Below are positions 1-9,018 of a stretch of 51,373 nucleotides of DNA, one piece after another (position 1 is the first letter of the stretch; every line of letters starts with the position of its first letter). The position numbers and the translations under genes were made by a program. This stretch comes from Acidimicrobiales bacterium. Its GTDB lineage: Bacteria; Actinomycetota; Acidimicrobiia; Acidimicrobiales; CADCTF01. The notes below the pieces were generated by a model, which had not been told where the DNA came from, did no database searches, and saw only the letters and a program-made list of their open reading frames with translations. The DNA lies in the NCBI GenBank assembly GCA_046597375.1, contig JBKJKM010000168.1, forward strand, positions 1 to 51,373. Reading direction: 5' to 3'.

Positions 1-507
1 ATCGCCCGCCGGCTCGGCCTGATGTATGTCATCTGGGACGGACGGATCTGGTCGTCGTTCCAGGCCGCCGACGGGTGGCGCGCCTACGTCGGGCGCAGCG
101 ACCATCGCGACCACATCCACTTCTCCTTCGATTGGGCTGGCGCCCTCGGTGAAACCACGTTTTGGCGGGGTGGGCGAACCGAGCTCCTCGGGCGCGCCGC
201 ACCCGATCTCCCGCTGGCCCCGGTCGCTCCTCGAGCCGTCCCCCTGGTGCCGCTGCCAGGACTCCCGGTCACACCTCCCCCGACGCTTCCGGTTCCGGCT
301 CCAGGCGCAGGTGGTTTCGGCCCCGTCGCCGAACCCTCGTCTGAGCCGGCCCCGTCGCCGCCGCCTCCGAGCTCGACGACCACCACTGCGCCTCCGACGA
401 CAACCACCACGTCACCCCAGGAACCCCCGCCGACGGCCACCACCAGCACCCCCAGCCCGACGGTCCCCCTGACAACACCGACGACGATCCGGATCGGCAG
501 CCTCTAG
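1..507 (+). CDS. 3' part of a CDS that starts left of the window: conserved globular block followed by a Pro/Thr/Ser-rich tail (probable secreted or envelope protein)
   Basis: Frame 1 is open from nt 1 (IARRLGLMYVIWDGRIWSS...). A conserved-looking block (YVIWDGRIW..GW.AY.G.SDHRDHIHFSF) is followed by about 90 aa of low-complexity P/T/S tail (TTTTAPPTTTTTSPQEPPPTATTSTPSPT) up to the TAG at 505-507. Confidence 0.6.
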   Translation: MARRLGLMYVIWDGRIWSSFQAADGWRAYVGRSDHRDHIHFSFDWAGALGETTFWRGGRTELLGRAAPDLPLAPVAPRAVPLVPLPGLPVTPPPTLPVPAPGAGGFGPVAEPSSEPAPSPPPPSSTTTTAPPTTTTTSPQEPPPTATTSTPSPTVPLTTPTTIRIGSL

Positions 508-533
508 AGCAGCTGTGCGTTGCGACCGTGCGC

Positions 534-1316
534 CTAGTTGAGGAAGTCGTCCTCGTTCGACGATGCGGTCGAGGCCCTGCTGGACACCTGCCGTCGCAGC
601 AGCAACGTCCAGCCCACCAGGCCAACGCTCGCGAACAGAAACCACTGCACGGCATAGGAGCGGTGGGAGCCCTGGGAGAGGTCCGGGGGCTCCACGGGCG
701 CGGGATACACGGCGCCTGGGCCGGCGACGCCGTCGTCAGCCAAGAGGTGGAGGGCGTAGACCGGGGTGCCACGGCCGGCCACGAACGTGGCCAACTTCGC
801 CGGGTCAATGGTGGCGACAACCGGCGGACCCGAGCCGCCGTCGGCGAGACGGGGAGCGCCCTGCTCGGCCGGGGCCAGGAGGCCGGTCACGGAGACCTCC
901 GTCGAGGGCGGCGCCATCGACGGTACGGGCCAGCGGTCGCCATCCCGCAGCGGCACCCACCCACGGTCGACGAGGACCACACCGCCGCCGTTCTCGGAGC
1001 GCAGCGGGGTCATCACCTCATAGCCGGGAAGGCCTTTGCGACTTCGGAACCGAACGAGCACCTCCCGGCTGGCGTCGTAGGTGCCGCGCACGGTCACCCG
1101 TCGAAATGCCAAGGCCTCCCGGTCGGCCCCCTCGTCGAAGCCGACCTCTGGGAGATCCTCCGTGGTGGCCGATCGCTCTCGGATGCGTTGGTTCGTCTCG
1201 AGGCGGTCGTCGAGTCGCCGGAGTTGCCAGAAGCCTGCACTGATGCACGCGCCGCTGATGGCGAGCACCAGAACGGTGCCCACGATCCAACGGGGACGGC
1301 GGAGCAATGCGACCAC
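534..1316 (-). CDS. SURF1-family protein (cytochrome oxidase assembly type)
   Basis: 260 aa with a GTG start. The N-terminal TM helix is followed by GFWQLRRL. The C-terminal SHRSYAVQWFLFASVGLVGW segment plus a second TM helix matches the SURF1 layout. Confidence 0.8.
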   Translation of the reverse strand: MVALLRRPRWIVGTVLVLAISGACISAGFWQLRRLDDRLETNQRIRERSATTEDLPEVGFDEGADREALAFRRVTVRGTYDASREVLVRFRSRKGLPGYEVMTPLRSENGGGVVLVDRGWVPLRDGDRWPVPSMAPPSTEVSVTGLLAPAEQGAPRLADGGSGPPVVATIDPAKLATFVAGRGTPVYALHLLADDGVAGPGAVYPAPVEPPDLSQGSHRSYAVQWFLFASVGLVGWTLLLRRQVSSRASTASSNEDDFLN

Positions 1317-1453
1317 GCCCTCAGCCTCGCATCCACGCCCCGCCTACGACCAAGCGCCAGCTGGTCGGTCTCGTCGATTCCACTCAGGGCGGTCGTGGTG
1401 ATTGCCGAGAACAACCTGGAGGAATCGTTCCTCTTTCGCCAGGTTGGAGCGTC

Positions 1454-2911
1454 ATGTCCAGATTCCACGTCGTGCTCGGTCGACGCATTGCGGCCTGCGG
1501 CGCGCTCGTGTTGCTGGTCGGTCTCTTCCTCGCCCCATCGGCCGGTGCCGCCCAAGCTCCCGTCGGACTCGGCACGGCCGGGAGCTTCGCCGTCTTGGCG
1601 GGCGCAGGCATCACCAACACGGGTCCGACGACGATCAATGGCGATGTGGGCACCTTCCCCACGACCAGCCGGACGGGCTTCGACTCGGTCGTGCTCAGCG
1701 GTGTCGACCATGGCGGCGACGCCGTGACCCAGGGCGCCAAGAACGACCTCGTGACCGCCTATAACGACGCAGCCGGTCGTGCACCCGTGACGCCGGTGGC
1801 TGTCGAACTGGGAGGGTCAACCCTCCTGGCTGGCGTCTACCGCTCCCCCACCCTCGGGCTCACCGGCACCCTCACGCTCGACGCCCAGGGGAGCGCCGAC
1901 GCCGTGTTCGTGTTCCAGGCCGAATCGACGCTCATCACTGCCTCCAACAGCCGAGTCGCACTTCTGAACGGCGCCGATCCGTGCAGGATCTACTGGCAGG
2001 TCGGCAGTTCGGCCACCTTCGGGACGGGCACGGAGTTCGTCGGCGACGTTCTCGCCTCGACCTCCATCACCGCCAACACCAGTGCCACCTTTCGCGGTCG
2101 TCTCCTTGCTCAGAACGGCGCAGTCACCCTCGACACCAACACGATCACGAACAAGACCTGCGCCGCATCCGTCGACTCCACGACTTCAGGCGCGGGGACG
2201 CCGACCACCACACCAGGTGGGTCGGCGGTCGACCCGACGTCCGACAGCACCTCGTCCGCAACCTCTCCGGCGCCGGCGCCCGAGGGGGGATCGACGATGC
2301 AGGCCTCGCCCGCCGGGGGGTCGTCGACGACTGCGTCGGGTGCGACGGTCCCGCCCGCCCAGAGGGCTCCAGCGACCCCAGCCGGCGGTACGGCCCGGAC
2401 GGCCAGCCGCACCTCGACCTCCGGGGGCGCACCGCCCTTGGCCGACACCGGCATCGCCTACCAACTGGTTCCTCTCGGGCTCGCGCTCGTGGGCCTCGGC
2501 GCCACGGCGGTGCGTGCGGCAGGATCTCCCCATGCCGAAGCTCCAACTCGACCTGCTCGATCCCGGGCTCTACCGCTCCAACCCGCACGAGTTCTGGACG
2601 CAGCTCCGGCGGGAGGAACCGGTGTACCGCGACGAGGCGAACGGCCTGTGGGCCCTCACCCGGCACAAGGACGTCCTGGAGGCCGAACGGGCTTCCGACC
2701 GTTTCTCCAGTCGGGGCTGCTACCGGGCCAATGTCGGGGTCGAGGAGCAGAACATGATCGCCCACGACGACCCCCGTCACGCCACGCAACGCCGCCTCGT
2801 CCTGGGTCGCTTCACCCCCGCAGCCATGCGAGCAAGGGAACCGGAGATGCAGTCCCTCATCGACGAACTGCTCGAGCCAGTTGCTGCCGCCGGCCGAATG
2901 GAAGTCGTTGA
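1454..2911 (+). CDS. Secreted DUF3494 (ice-binding-like) family protein with S/T/P-rich linker and LAXTG (LADTG) sortase sorting signal. The open frame continues about 130 codons past the sorting signal into the P450 gene.
   Basis: ATG at 1454 is preceded by GGAG (1446-1449). Signal peptide MSRFHVVLGRRIAACGALVLLVGLFLAPSAGAAQA. Ice-binding-like core: LGTAGSFAVLAGAGITNTGPTTINGDVG...IYWQVGSSATFGTGTEFVGDVLA...GRLLAQNGAVTLDTNTI. LADTG is followed by a hydrophobic helix and RAAG. The first in-frame stop is only at 2909-2911. Confidence 0.75.
   Translation: MSRFHVVLGRRIAACGALVLLVGLFLAPSAGAAQAPVGLGTAGSFAVLAGAGITNTGPTTINGDVGTFPTTSRTGFDSVVLSGVDHGGDAVTQGAKNDLVTAYNDAAGRAPVTPVAVELGGSTLLAGVYRSPTLGLTGTLTLDAQGSADAVFVFQAESTLITASNSRVALLNGADPCRIYWQVGSSATFGTGTEFVGDVLASTSITANTSATFRGRLLAQNGAVTLDTNTITNKTCAASVDSTTSGAGTPTTTPGGSAVDPTSDSTSSATSPAPAPEGGSTMQASPAGGSSTTASGATVPPAQRAPATPAGGTARTASRTSTSGGAPPLADTGIAYQLVPLGLALVGLGATAVRAAGSPHAEAPTRPARSRALPLQPARVLDAAPAGGTGVPRRGERPVGPHPAQGRPGGRTGFRPFLQSGLLPGQCRGRGAEHDRPRRPPSRHATPPRPGSLHPRSHASKGTGDAVPHRRTARASCCRRPNGSR
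2438..2452 (+). other. LAXTG-type cell-wall sorting motif (LADTG) of the DUF3494 protein
   Basis: ttg gcc gac acc ggc, in frame with the CDS at 1454. It is followed by IAYQLVPLGLALVGLGATAV and then a basic residue. Confidence 0.7.
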
Positions 2912-3704
2912 GGATCTCGCCGCTCAACTTCCCTCGCGGCTGACGGCCCGGATGCTCGGCCTCCCCGAGGACGAGTGGCCGACGGTGAAGAGCTGGTCGG
3001 AACGCCTGATGCGCATCGACGATCGACGAACGTCGGACTCGATCGAAGGCCTGATGTACGCCTCCATGGAGCTCTACCAGCGGGTGGCGGCCGAGGTGCC
3101 GGAGCGCAGGGCCTGCCCCATGGACGACCTGCTCTCGGTGTGGTCGAACGCCACCGTCGATGGTGAGCAGCTCACTGTCGACACCATCTTCCACGAGGCC
3201 GGACTGTTCGTCTCGGGCGGCGCCGAGACCACCCGCACCCTGATCTCCCACGGCCTCCGCACCTTCGTCGACCACCCCGACCAGTGGGAGCTTCTGGCCC
3301 GGAAGCCCGAGCTCGTTCCGTCGGCCGTGGAGGAGATGCTCCGGTGGGTGACGCCTCTCAACAACATGTTCCGCACCGTCACCGAGGACACGACGATCGG
3401 GGAGCAGGAGCTGGCCGCCGGCGACCGGGTGATGCTCCTGTACCCGTCGGCCAACCGCGACGAGGACGTGTTCTCCGACCCGTTCACCTTCGACGTCACC
3501 CGAAATCCGAACCCGCACCTCGCCTTCGGGAACGGCACCCACTTCTGCCTCGGTGCGACCCTTGCCCGCCAACTCCTCAGGCTTCTCTTCACCTCCCTCA
3601 CCGCTCGGTTCACCGACCTGCAGGTGGTCACGGAGCCCGACGTCGAAGCCAACCTCTTCGCTCGGGCCGTCCGCTCCTTCGATCTCTCGTTCTCGGTCCG
3701 ATGA
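2532..3704 (+). CDS. Cytochrome P450 monooxygenase
   Basis: 390 aa. I-helix GGAETTR, ExxR motif (EEMLRW), heme-Cys loop FGNGTHFCLGATLAR, and a typical N-terminus (LLDPGLYRSNPHEFWTQLRREEPVYRDE). Confidence 0.9.
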   Translation: MPKLQLDLLDPGLYRSNPHEFWTQLRREEPVYRDEANGLWALTRHKDVLEAERASDRFSSRGCYRANVGVEEQNMIAHDDPRHATQRRLVLGRFTPAAMRAREPEMQSLIDELLEPVAAAGRMEVVEDLAAQLPSRLTARMLGLPEDEWPTVKSWSERLMRIDDRRTSDSIEGLMYASMELYQRVAAEVPERRACPMDDLLSVWSNATVDGEQLTVDTIFHEAGLFVSGGAETTRTLISHGLRTFVDHPDQWELLARKPELVPSAVEEMLRWVTPLNNMFRTVTEDTTIGEQELAAGDRVMLLYPSANRDEDVFSDPFTFDVTRNPNPHLAFGNGTHFCLGATLARQLLRLLFTSLTARFTDLQVVTEPDVEANLFARAVRSFDLSFSVR

Positions 3705-4072
3705 GCGTCCCGGTGGCCCTCGACGATCTCCGAGAGCGTCTCTCCTCGGCCGGTGCCGACGTCTTCCTGCTCACCGTCTCGGAGGGCTCGTCTCCCCACG
3801 CCGTGTCGGCCGAGGTGCACTGGGACGGCGACCACCTCATCGTCGGCGCTGGACGCACGACGGCCCGGAATGTGACCTCGACGCCCGCAGTCACGCTGCT
3901 GTGGCCGACGTGCGGACCGGACTACAGCCTCATCGTCGACGGTACCGCCGAGGTCGACGGCGACGTCGTGCGTATCACGCCCACGCACGCCATCCTCCAC
4001 CGATCGGTGCGCGCCCCGGCGTCTGACGGGCACCAGGACGGCGAGGCACCTCGCTGCATCACCGTGTTGTGA
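3701..4072 (+). CDS. Small pyridoxamine 5'-phosphate oxidase-like (split beta-barrel, flavin/deazaflavin-binding type) protein
   Basis: 123 aa. Its ATG overlaps the P450 TGA (ATGA at 3701-3704). The sequence FLLTVSEGSSPHAVSAEVHWDGDHLIVGAGRTTARN..LLW.....YSLIVDGTAEV resembles the PPOX-class fold. The assignment rests on pattern only. Confidence 0.55.
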   Translation: MSVPVALDDLRERLSSAGADVFLLTVSEGSSPHAVSAEVHWDGDHLIVGAGRTTARNVTSTPAVTLLWPTCGPDYSLIVDGTAEVDGDVVRITPTHAILHRSVRAPASDGHQDGEAPRCITVL

Positions 4073-5999
4073 CGCGCTCGCCGGAGGCGTGGGCCTCCCA
4101 GGTGGCGTACATCTCGGCGTAGCGACCACCGGTGCGAGCGACCAGCTCGTCGTGGGAGCCGAGCTCGACGATCTCGCCGTCGTGGACGACGGCGATGCGG
4201 TCGGCCCGCATAGCTGTCTGGAGGCGGTGGGCGATGATGATGGCCGTCCGTCCCTCGAGCAGCACGTCGAGGGCGTGCTCGATCTTCGACTCGGAACGAA
4301 GGTCGAGGTTCGACGTCGCCTCGTCGAGCACCAGCACTCGCGGCTGGGAGAGGAACGCGCGGGCCAGCGCGAGGAGCTGGCGCTCACCTGACGACAGCGA
4401 GACCCCTCGTTCGTGACAGGGCGTGTGGATGCCGTCGGGGAGGCGATCGATGAGGTCGTCGATGCCCACGGCGCGGCAGGCGTCCAGCACCTCGTCATCA
4501 GTGGCGTCGGGCCGGGCGAAGGCGATGTTGTCGCGGATGGAGCCGCTGAAGAGGAACGGCTCCTGCGGAACGATGCCGAGCTGGCGGCGCAGGGATGTCA
4601 AGGTCACGTCCCGCAGGTCGTGCCCGTCGATGAGCACCCGACCGGCCGTCGGGTCGTGGAAGCGGGTGACGAGCTTGGCGATGGTGGACTTGCCGGCTCC
4701 GGTCTCGCCGACCAGAGAGAAGGTCTCCCCCTCTTGGATGACGAGGTCGACATCGCGCAGCACTGGGCGATCGGGCAGGTACCCGAACGACACACCTTCG
4801 AGGCGGATCTCGCCGACGAGCGGCGGGATGTCGATGGCCCCGGGCTTCTCTCCCACCGTGGGCTCGGTCGACAACAAGTCGCCGAGCTTGCGCAACGAAG
4901 CCTGGCCCTTCTGAAAGGTGTCATAGAGCTGCACGAGCTGCTGGATCGGGGCGAAGAAGGTGTTGAGCGACAGCACGAAGGCACTCAGTTCACCAAGGGT
5001 GAGTCGACCGTCGAGGACCATATTGCCGCCGATGAGCAGCACGAGCACTTGGCCGCACAGGCCGATGACCTCGGCGCTCGGGCCGTAGATGGCGCCGACG
5101 GTGGCGGTGTAGTCATTGGCGTCGCGGTAGCGAGCGGCGACGTTGCGGTGCTCGACGATGTTGTGTCGCTGGCGGTTGTAGGCGGCGATGATCCGGATAC
5201 CCGAGAGGCTCTCCTGCAGGTGCGACAGCAGCTCACCGATCCGGTCTCGGACCATGTCGTAGCCCCGGTCGGACGCGCGGCGGAACCAAATGGTCACGGC
5301 CAGGAGCGCCGGCACGATGGCGAACAGCGTGATGAGCGCGAGTGTCGCGTTGTAATAGAAGAGGATCCCGGCAACGAAGACCATCGTCAGCCCTTGCACC
5401 ACCATCTGCACCAGGCCTTCCTGGAACAACTGGGTCAACGACTCGAGGTCGCTCGTCATGCGGGTCATGAGGATGCCGGCCTTCGACTTGGTGAAGAAGT
5501 CGACCGAGAGCCGTTGGAAGTGGGAGAAGATCCGCACCCGCAGGTGGTACATGAGGTTCTGGCCTACGCGGCCGGTCTGGGCGACCCGGAGTCCACTGGC
5601 GATGACGTTGATGCCCACGGCCAGGAAGTAGGCGATCGAAACGGCGACGACGACGCCGATGTTGCCCTTGCGGATGCCGCTGTCGATACCGATCTGCGTG
5701 AGTACCGGCCCGGCCTGCATGGCCGCCGTCTCGAAGAGGACGAGGAAGCTGCCCCCCACCAACGCCCACTTGTGTGGGGCGAGGAAGCGTCGCAGCGTCA
5801 AACGCCGGCGGTCGTAGTCGACATGGCTGAAGTCGACGTGCTCGTCGGCGAAGGCCGGCTCGTCGGCCACGATCCTCTCGACGCCGGCCCGCAGTTCGGA
5901 GGGAATGCCGGCGAACGGCAACCCGGCGTTGCGCGCCGAGTTGTTGCCGCCACCGAAGGCGCCGCCATTGAAGCCGCCACCACCCATGCTCCAGGCCAT
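4059..5999 (-). CDS. ABC exporter, fused permease/ATPase subunit (downstream partner of a heterodimer)
   Basis: 646 aa. Six-TM exporter domain, Walker A GETGAGKST, signature LSSGERQ, Walker B LVLDEATS. The Gly-rich N-terminus is typical of actinobacterial pairs. Confidence 0.9.
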   Translation of the reverse strand: MAWSMGGGGFNGGAFGGGNNSARNAGLPFAGIPSELRAGVERIVADEPAFADEHVDFSHVDYDRRRLTLRRFLAPHKWALVGGSFLVLFETAAMQAGPVLTQIGIDSGIRKGNIGVVVAVSIAYFLAVGINVIASGLRVAQTGRVGQNLMYHLRVRIFSHFQRLSVDFFTKSKAGILMTRMTSDLESLTQLFQEGLVQMVVQGLTMVFVAGILFYYNATLALITLFAIVPALLAVTIWFRRASDRGYDMVRDRIGELLSHLQESLSGIRIIAAYNRQRHNIVEHRNVAARYRDANDYTATVGAIYGPSAEVIGLCGQVLVLLIGGNMVLDGRLTLGELSAFVLSLNTFFAPIQQLVQLYDTFQKGQASLRKLGDLLSTEPTVGEKPGAIDIPPLVGEIRLEGVSFGYLPDRPVLRDVDLVIQEGETFSLVGETGAGKSTIAKLVTRFHDPTAGRVLIDGHDLRDVTLTSLRRQLGIVPQEPFLFSGSIRDNIAFARPDATDDEVLDACRAVGIDDLIDRLPDGIHTPCHERGVSLSSGERQLLALARAFLSQPRVLVLDEATSNLDLRSESKIEHALDVLLEGRTAIIIAHRLQTAMRADRIAVVHDGEIVELGSHDELVARTGGRYAEMYATWEAHASGERVTTR

Positions 6000-7879
6000 C
6001 AGCCGACCTCCTCTTCCGCGTCGGCGATGTGGGCCAGGACCTCGGTGTAGCGGGGCTCGGTCTGCATCAGCTCGACGTGCGTACCGGTGGCCACCACACG
6101 ACCGCCTTCGAGAAGGCAGACCCGGTCGGCCAGGCTGATGGTCGACAGGCGGTGGGCGATCACCAGTGTGGTGCGGCTCTGCAGCAGGTGGCTCAGAGCC
6201 TGGTGGATCAGGTCCTCGATGTGCACGTCGATGGCGCTCGTGGCGTCGTCGAGCACGAGGATCTTCGGGTTCACGAGCAACGTGCGGGCGATAGCGATTC
6301 GCTGGCGCTGACCGCCGGAGAGGTCGTAGCCCCGCTCTCCGATGACACTGTCGTAACCGTTCTTCAGCTGCACGATGAACTCGTGGGCGTTGGCCGCCTT
6401 GGCCGCAGCGATCACTTCGTCCATGGGTGCATCAGGCCGGCCGTAGGCGATGTTGTCGCGCACCGACGAAGAGAAGAGGAAGGGCTCGTCGAGCACGACG
6501 CCCACGTGGTGGCGCAGGCTCGGCAGTGTGAGGTTGCGCACGTCGTGGCCGTCGATCTGCACGGTGCCCGCTTCGACGTCGTAGAACCGCGTCAGCAGAC
6601 GCGCCACCGTCGACTTGCCGCTTCCGGTACGGCCGACCAGGGCCACCGTCTCGCCAGGCTCGATGGTGAGGTCGAGGCCGTCGAGCACTGTCGGACCGTT
6701 CTTGTAGGTGAAGCGCACGTCGCGCAGCTCGACGCGACCGGCCGGGTCGACGAGGTCGACGGCGCCAGGACGGGACACGATCTCCGGCACCTCGTCGAGG
6801 ATCTCGTAGATCCGGGCAGCCGAGGCCGCAGCCCGCTGGCCCATCATCATCAGCATGCCGAGCATGCGGAACGGCGCCTGCAGCATGACGACATAGATGC
6901 TGAAGGCGACGATGGTGCCGATGGTGACTTCACCGTTGATGGCCAAGATCCCGCCGTAGAGAAGCACGCCGGCCATGCCGAGGCGGGGCAGGTTCTCCAT
7001 GATCGGCGCGTAGCGAGCGCGCACATCGATCTGCCGGTTCTGACCCCATTCGAGGCGGCGGGCGTTGCGAGCGAGCACGTCGACTTGCTGCTGCTCGGCC
7101 GCGAACGACTTCACGACGCGAGCTCCGGCCACGTTCTCCTCGACCACCGTGGCCACGCCGGCTTGGCGCTCCTGCACGATCCACGAGATCGGGAACATCA
7201 GTCGACGCATGCGCAAGCCGGTCAGGAAGACGAACGGCAACGGCGAGAGGGCAACCAGCGAGAGCGGGACGTGGATCATCATCATCAGCCCGAAGGCGAC
7301 ACCGAAGCTGATCATCTGCAGGCCGATGAGCGGGGCGAACGTGAGGAACATCTGCACCGAGCGGATGTCGGAGTTGGCGCGGGAGATCAGCTGGCCCGAC
7401 TGCACGCGGTCGTAGAACGAGAACGACAGCCGGGAGAAGTGCTCGTACATGTTGACCCGCAGGTCGTACTCCAGGTCGTACGCAACCCGGTAGAGCAGGC
7501 TTCGGTGGGTGAACGTGAAGACGGCACGGATCACACCGATCACGCCCAAAGCGATGATGAAGTTCGAGATCGGCGTCGTGCGCTTGGCCAGGCCCTGGTC
7601 GATGGCTGCCATGACGATGCGCGGAACGGCGACCTGGGAGAGCAGCCCGATGACCGATGCGGTCATGGCCAGGCCGAAGCGACCCTTGCGGGCCCGCAGC
7701 AGCGGCACCATGCGGCGGATCCAGCGCTTGTCGGGGTCAGGGTCGACGTTGGCACGAGGGGGGTTGCCCACGGCGTCGACGTGCAGCGGCTCGAACGGCG
7801 AGGCGCCGTCGACCACCGGATCGATGTTCGCCAGCATGGCCAGGTCGCGCTCGAGCGTGCTCGTCACGGGCGCCACCAC
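5999..7879 (-). CDS. ABC exporter, fused permease/ATPase subunit (upstream partner)
   Basis: 626 aa. Walker A GRTGSGKST, signature LSGGQRQR, Walker B LVLDDATS. Its TGA shares one base with the ATG of the downstream subunit at 5999. Confidence 0.9.
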   Translation of the reverse strand: MVAPVTSTLERDLAMLANIDPVVDGASPFEPLHVDAVGNPPRANVDPDPDKRWIRRMVPLLRARKGRFGLAMTASVIGLLSQVAVPRIVMAAIDQGLAKRTTPISNFIIALGVIGVIRAVFTFTHRSLLYRVAYDLEYDLRVNMYEHFSRLSFSFYDRVQSGQLISRANSDIRSVQMFLTFAPLIGLQMISFGVAFGLMMMIHVPLSLVALSPLPFVFLTGLRMRRLMFPISWIVQERQAGVATVVEENVAGARVVKSFAAEQQQVDVLARNARRLEWGQNRQIDVRARYAPIMENLPRLGMAGVLLYGGILAINGEVTIGTIVAFSIYVVMLQAPFRMLGMLMMMGQRAAASAARIYEILDEVPEIVSRPGAVDLVDPAGRVELRDVRFTYKNGPTVLDGLDLTIEPGETVALVGRTGSGKSTVARLLTRFYDVEAGTVQIDGHDVRNLTLPSLRHHVGVVLDEPFLFSSSVRDNIAYGRPDAPMDEVIAAAKAANAHEFIVQLKNGYDSVIGERGYDLSGGQRQRIAIARTLLVNPKILVLDDATSAIDVHIEDLIHQALSHLLQSRTTLVIAHRLSTISLADRVCLLEGGRVVATGTHVELMQTEPRYTEVLAHIADAEEEVG

Positions 7880-7954
7880 CGGAGGGAACGTTCGAGAGCC
7901 ATACCATTAGCCTCTCTAACTTTTCTGGTCATTGCAAGCCGGATTTCGTCCGGT

Positions 7955-8998
7955 CTACGTCTCGGCGACCTTCTTGGCCCGACTGGGCGCCACCCGCGGC
8001 GGTTCGTCGGCCTGCTTGGGGTAGACGGGCGGCCACGGCGCGTCGTGAAGCCCGCGGCTGCGGTCGCGTTGATGAAGGGCCAGCAGCGGTTCGAGAGACT
8101 GGCGGTCATCGCCGTAGTCGCGCCACGGGTCATCCGTCGCCTCCAGCCGAGCCGGCAGGCTGGCGACCGTCAGGTCATCCGGATGGATCGTCTCGAGCTC
8201 CCCCCATCGGAACGGCGTCGACACCTGCGCGCCGGGACGAGCCCGAACCGACCAGGCCCCGAACACCGTCTTGTGCGGTGCGTTCTGATTGAAGTCGACG
8301 AAGACCCGGGTGCCGCGTTCCTCCTTCCACCACGCCGCCGTGATCGTGTCCGGATGACGGCGCTCCAGCTCGCGAGCCACGGCTATCGCGCAGGACCGCA
8401 CGTCGTAGGAGTCCCAGCGGGGCTCGAGGTGGACATAAACGTGGATGCCGCGGTTGCCAGTGGTCTTAGGGTACCCACGGAGACCCAATTCCTCGAGCAG
8501 CTGGCGGAGCTTCTCGGCGGCGGCCCGGATGTCGGCGAACTCCAGGCCGGGCTGCGGGTCGAGGTCGATCCGCAGCTCGTCGGTGTGGGCGGGGTCGGCC
8601 GCCAGGTACGGCCACGGATGGAACCCCAGACAACCGAGGTTCACCGCCCAGACGATGTGGGCGAGGTCGGCGATGACCAACGCATCGGAGGTGGTGCCGT
8701 TGGGCGTCGCCACGACGGTCGTCTCGAGCCACTTCGGCGCGTTCTTCGGCACCCGCTTCTGGAAGAACGACTGCTCACCGGCTCCGTTCGGGAAGCGCTG
8801 CAACATCGTGGGCCGGCCACCCATGGCTCGCAGGATCGGCTCACCGACGCGCAGGTAGTGGTGCACGAGGTCGAGCTTCGTCTCGCCCCGCTCGTCGAAG
8901 AACACCTTGTTCGGGCTCGAGATCGTGACCTCCTGCCCGCCGGCATCGACCACGACGTCCTCCCCTTCGTCGAGCGGGAGACCGGAGGCGTCGACCAT
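7955..8998 (-). CDS. Stand-alone LigD-type polymerase/primase domain protein (NHEJ PolDom)
   Basis: 347 aa. Motifs ITSPNKVFF, LQRFPNG, FFQK, GCLGFHPW, ELRIDLDP, KTTGNRGIHVYV, VFVDFNQNA. There is no ligase or nuclease domain in the ORF. Confidence 0.85.
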   Translation of the reverse strand: MVDASGLPLDEGEDVVVDAGGQEVTISSPNKVFFDERGETKLDLVHHYLRVGEPILRAMGGRPTMLQRFPNGAGEQSFFQKRVPKNAPKWLETTVVATPNGTTSDALVIADLAHIVWAVNLGCLGFHPWPYLAADPAHTDELRIDLDPQPGLEFADIRAAAEKLRQLLEELGLRGYPKTTGNRGIHVYVHLEPRWDSYDVRSCAIAVARELERRHPDTITAAWWKEERGTRVFVDFNQNAPHKTVFGAWSVRARPGAQVSTPFRWGELETIHPDDLTVASLPARLEATDDPWRDYGDDRQSLEPLLALHQRDRSRGLHDAPWPPVYPKQADEPPRVAPSRAKKVAET

Positions 8999-9018
8999 CG
9001 GCCGAGCCTATTGAAGCC

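Noticed and set aside
1307-1453. Upstream extension of the DUF3494 protein ORF (listed start 1307)
   Set aside because: The extension has no signal-peptide character and overlaps the divergent SURF1 start. The ATG at 1454, preceded by GGAG, gives a classical signal peptide.
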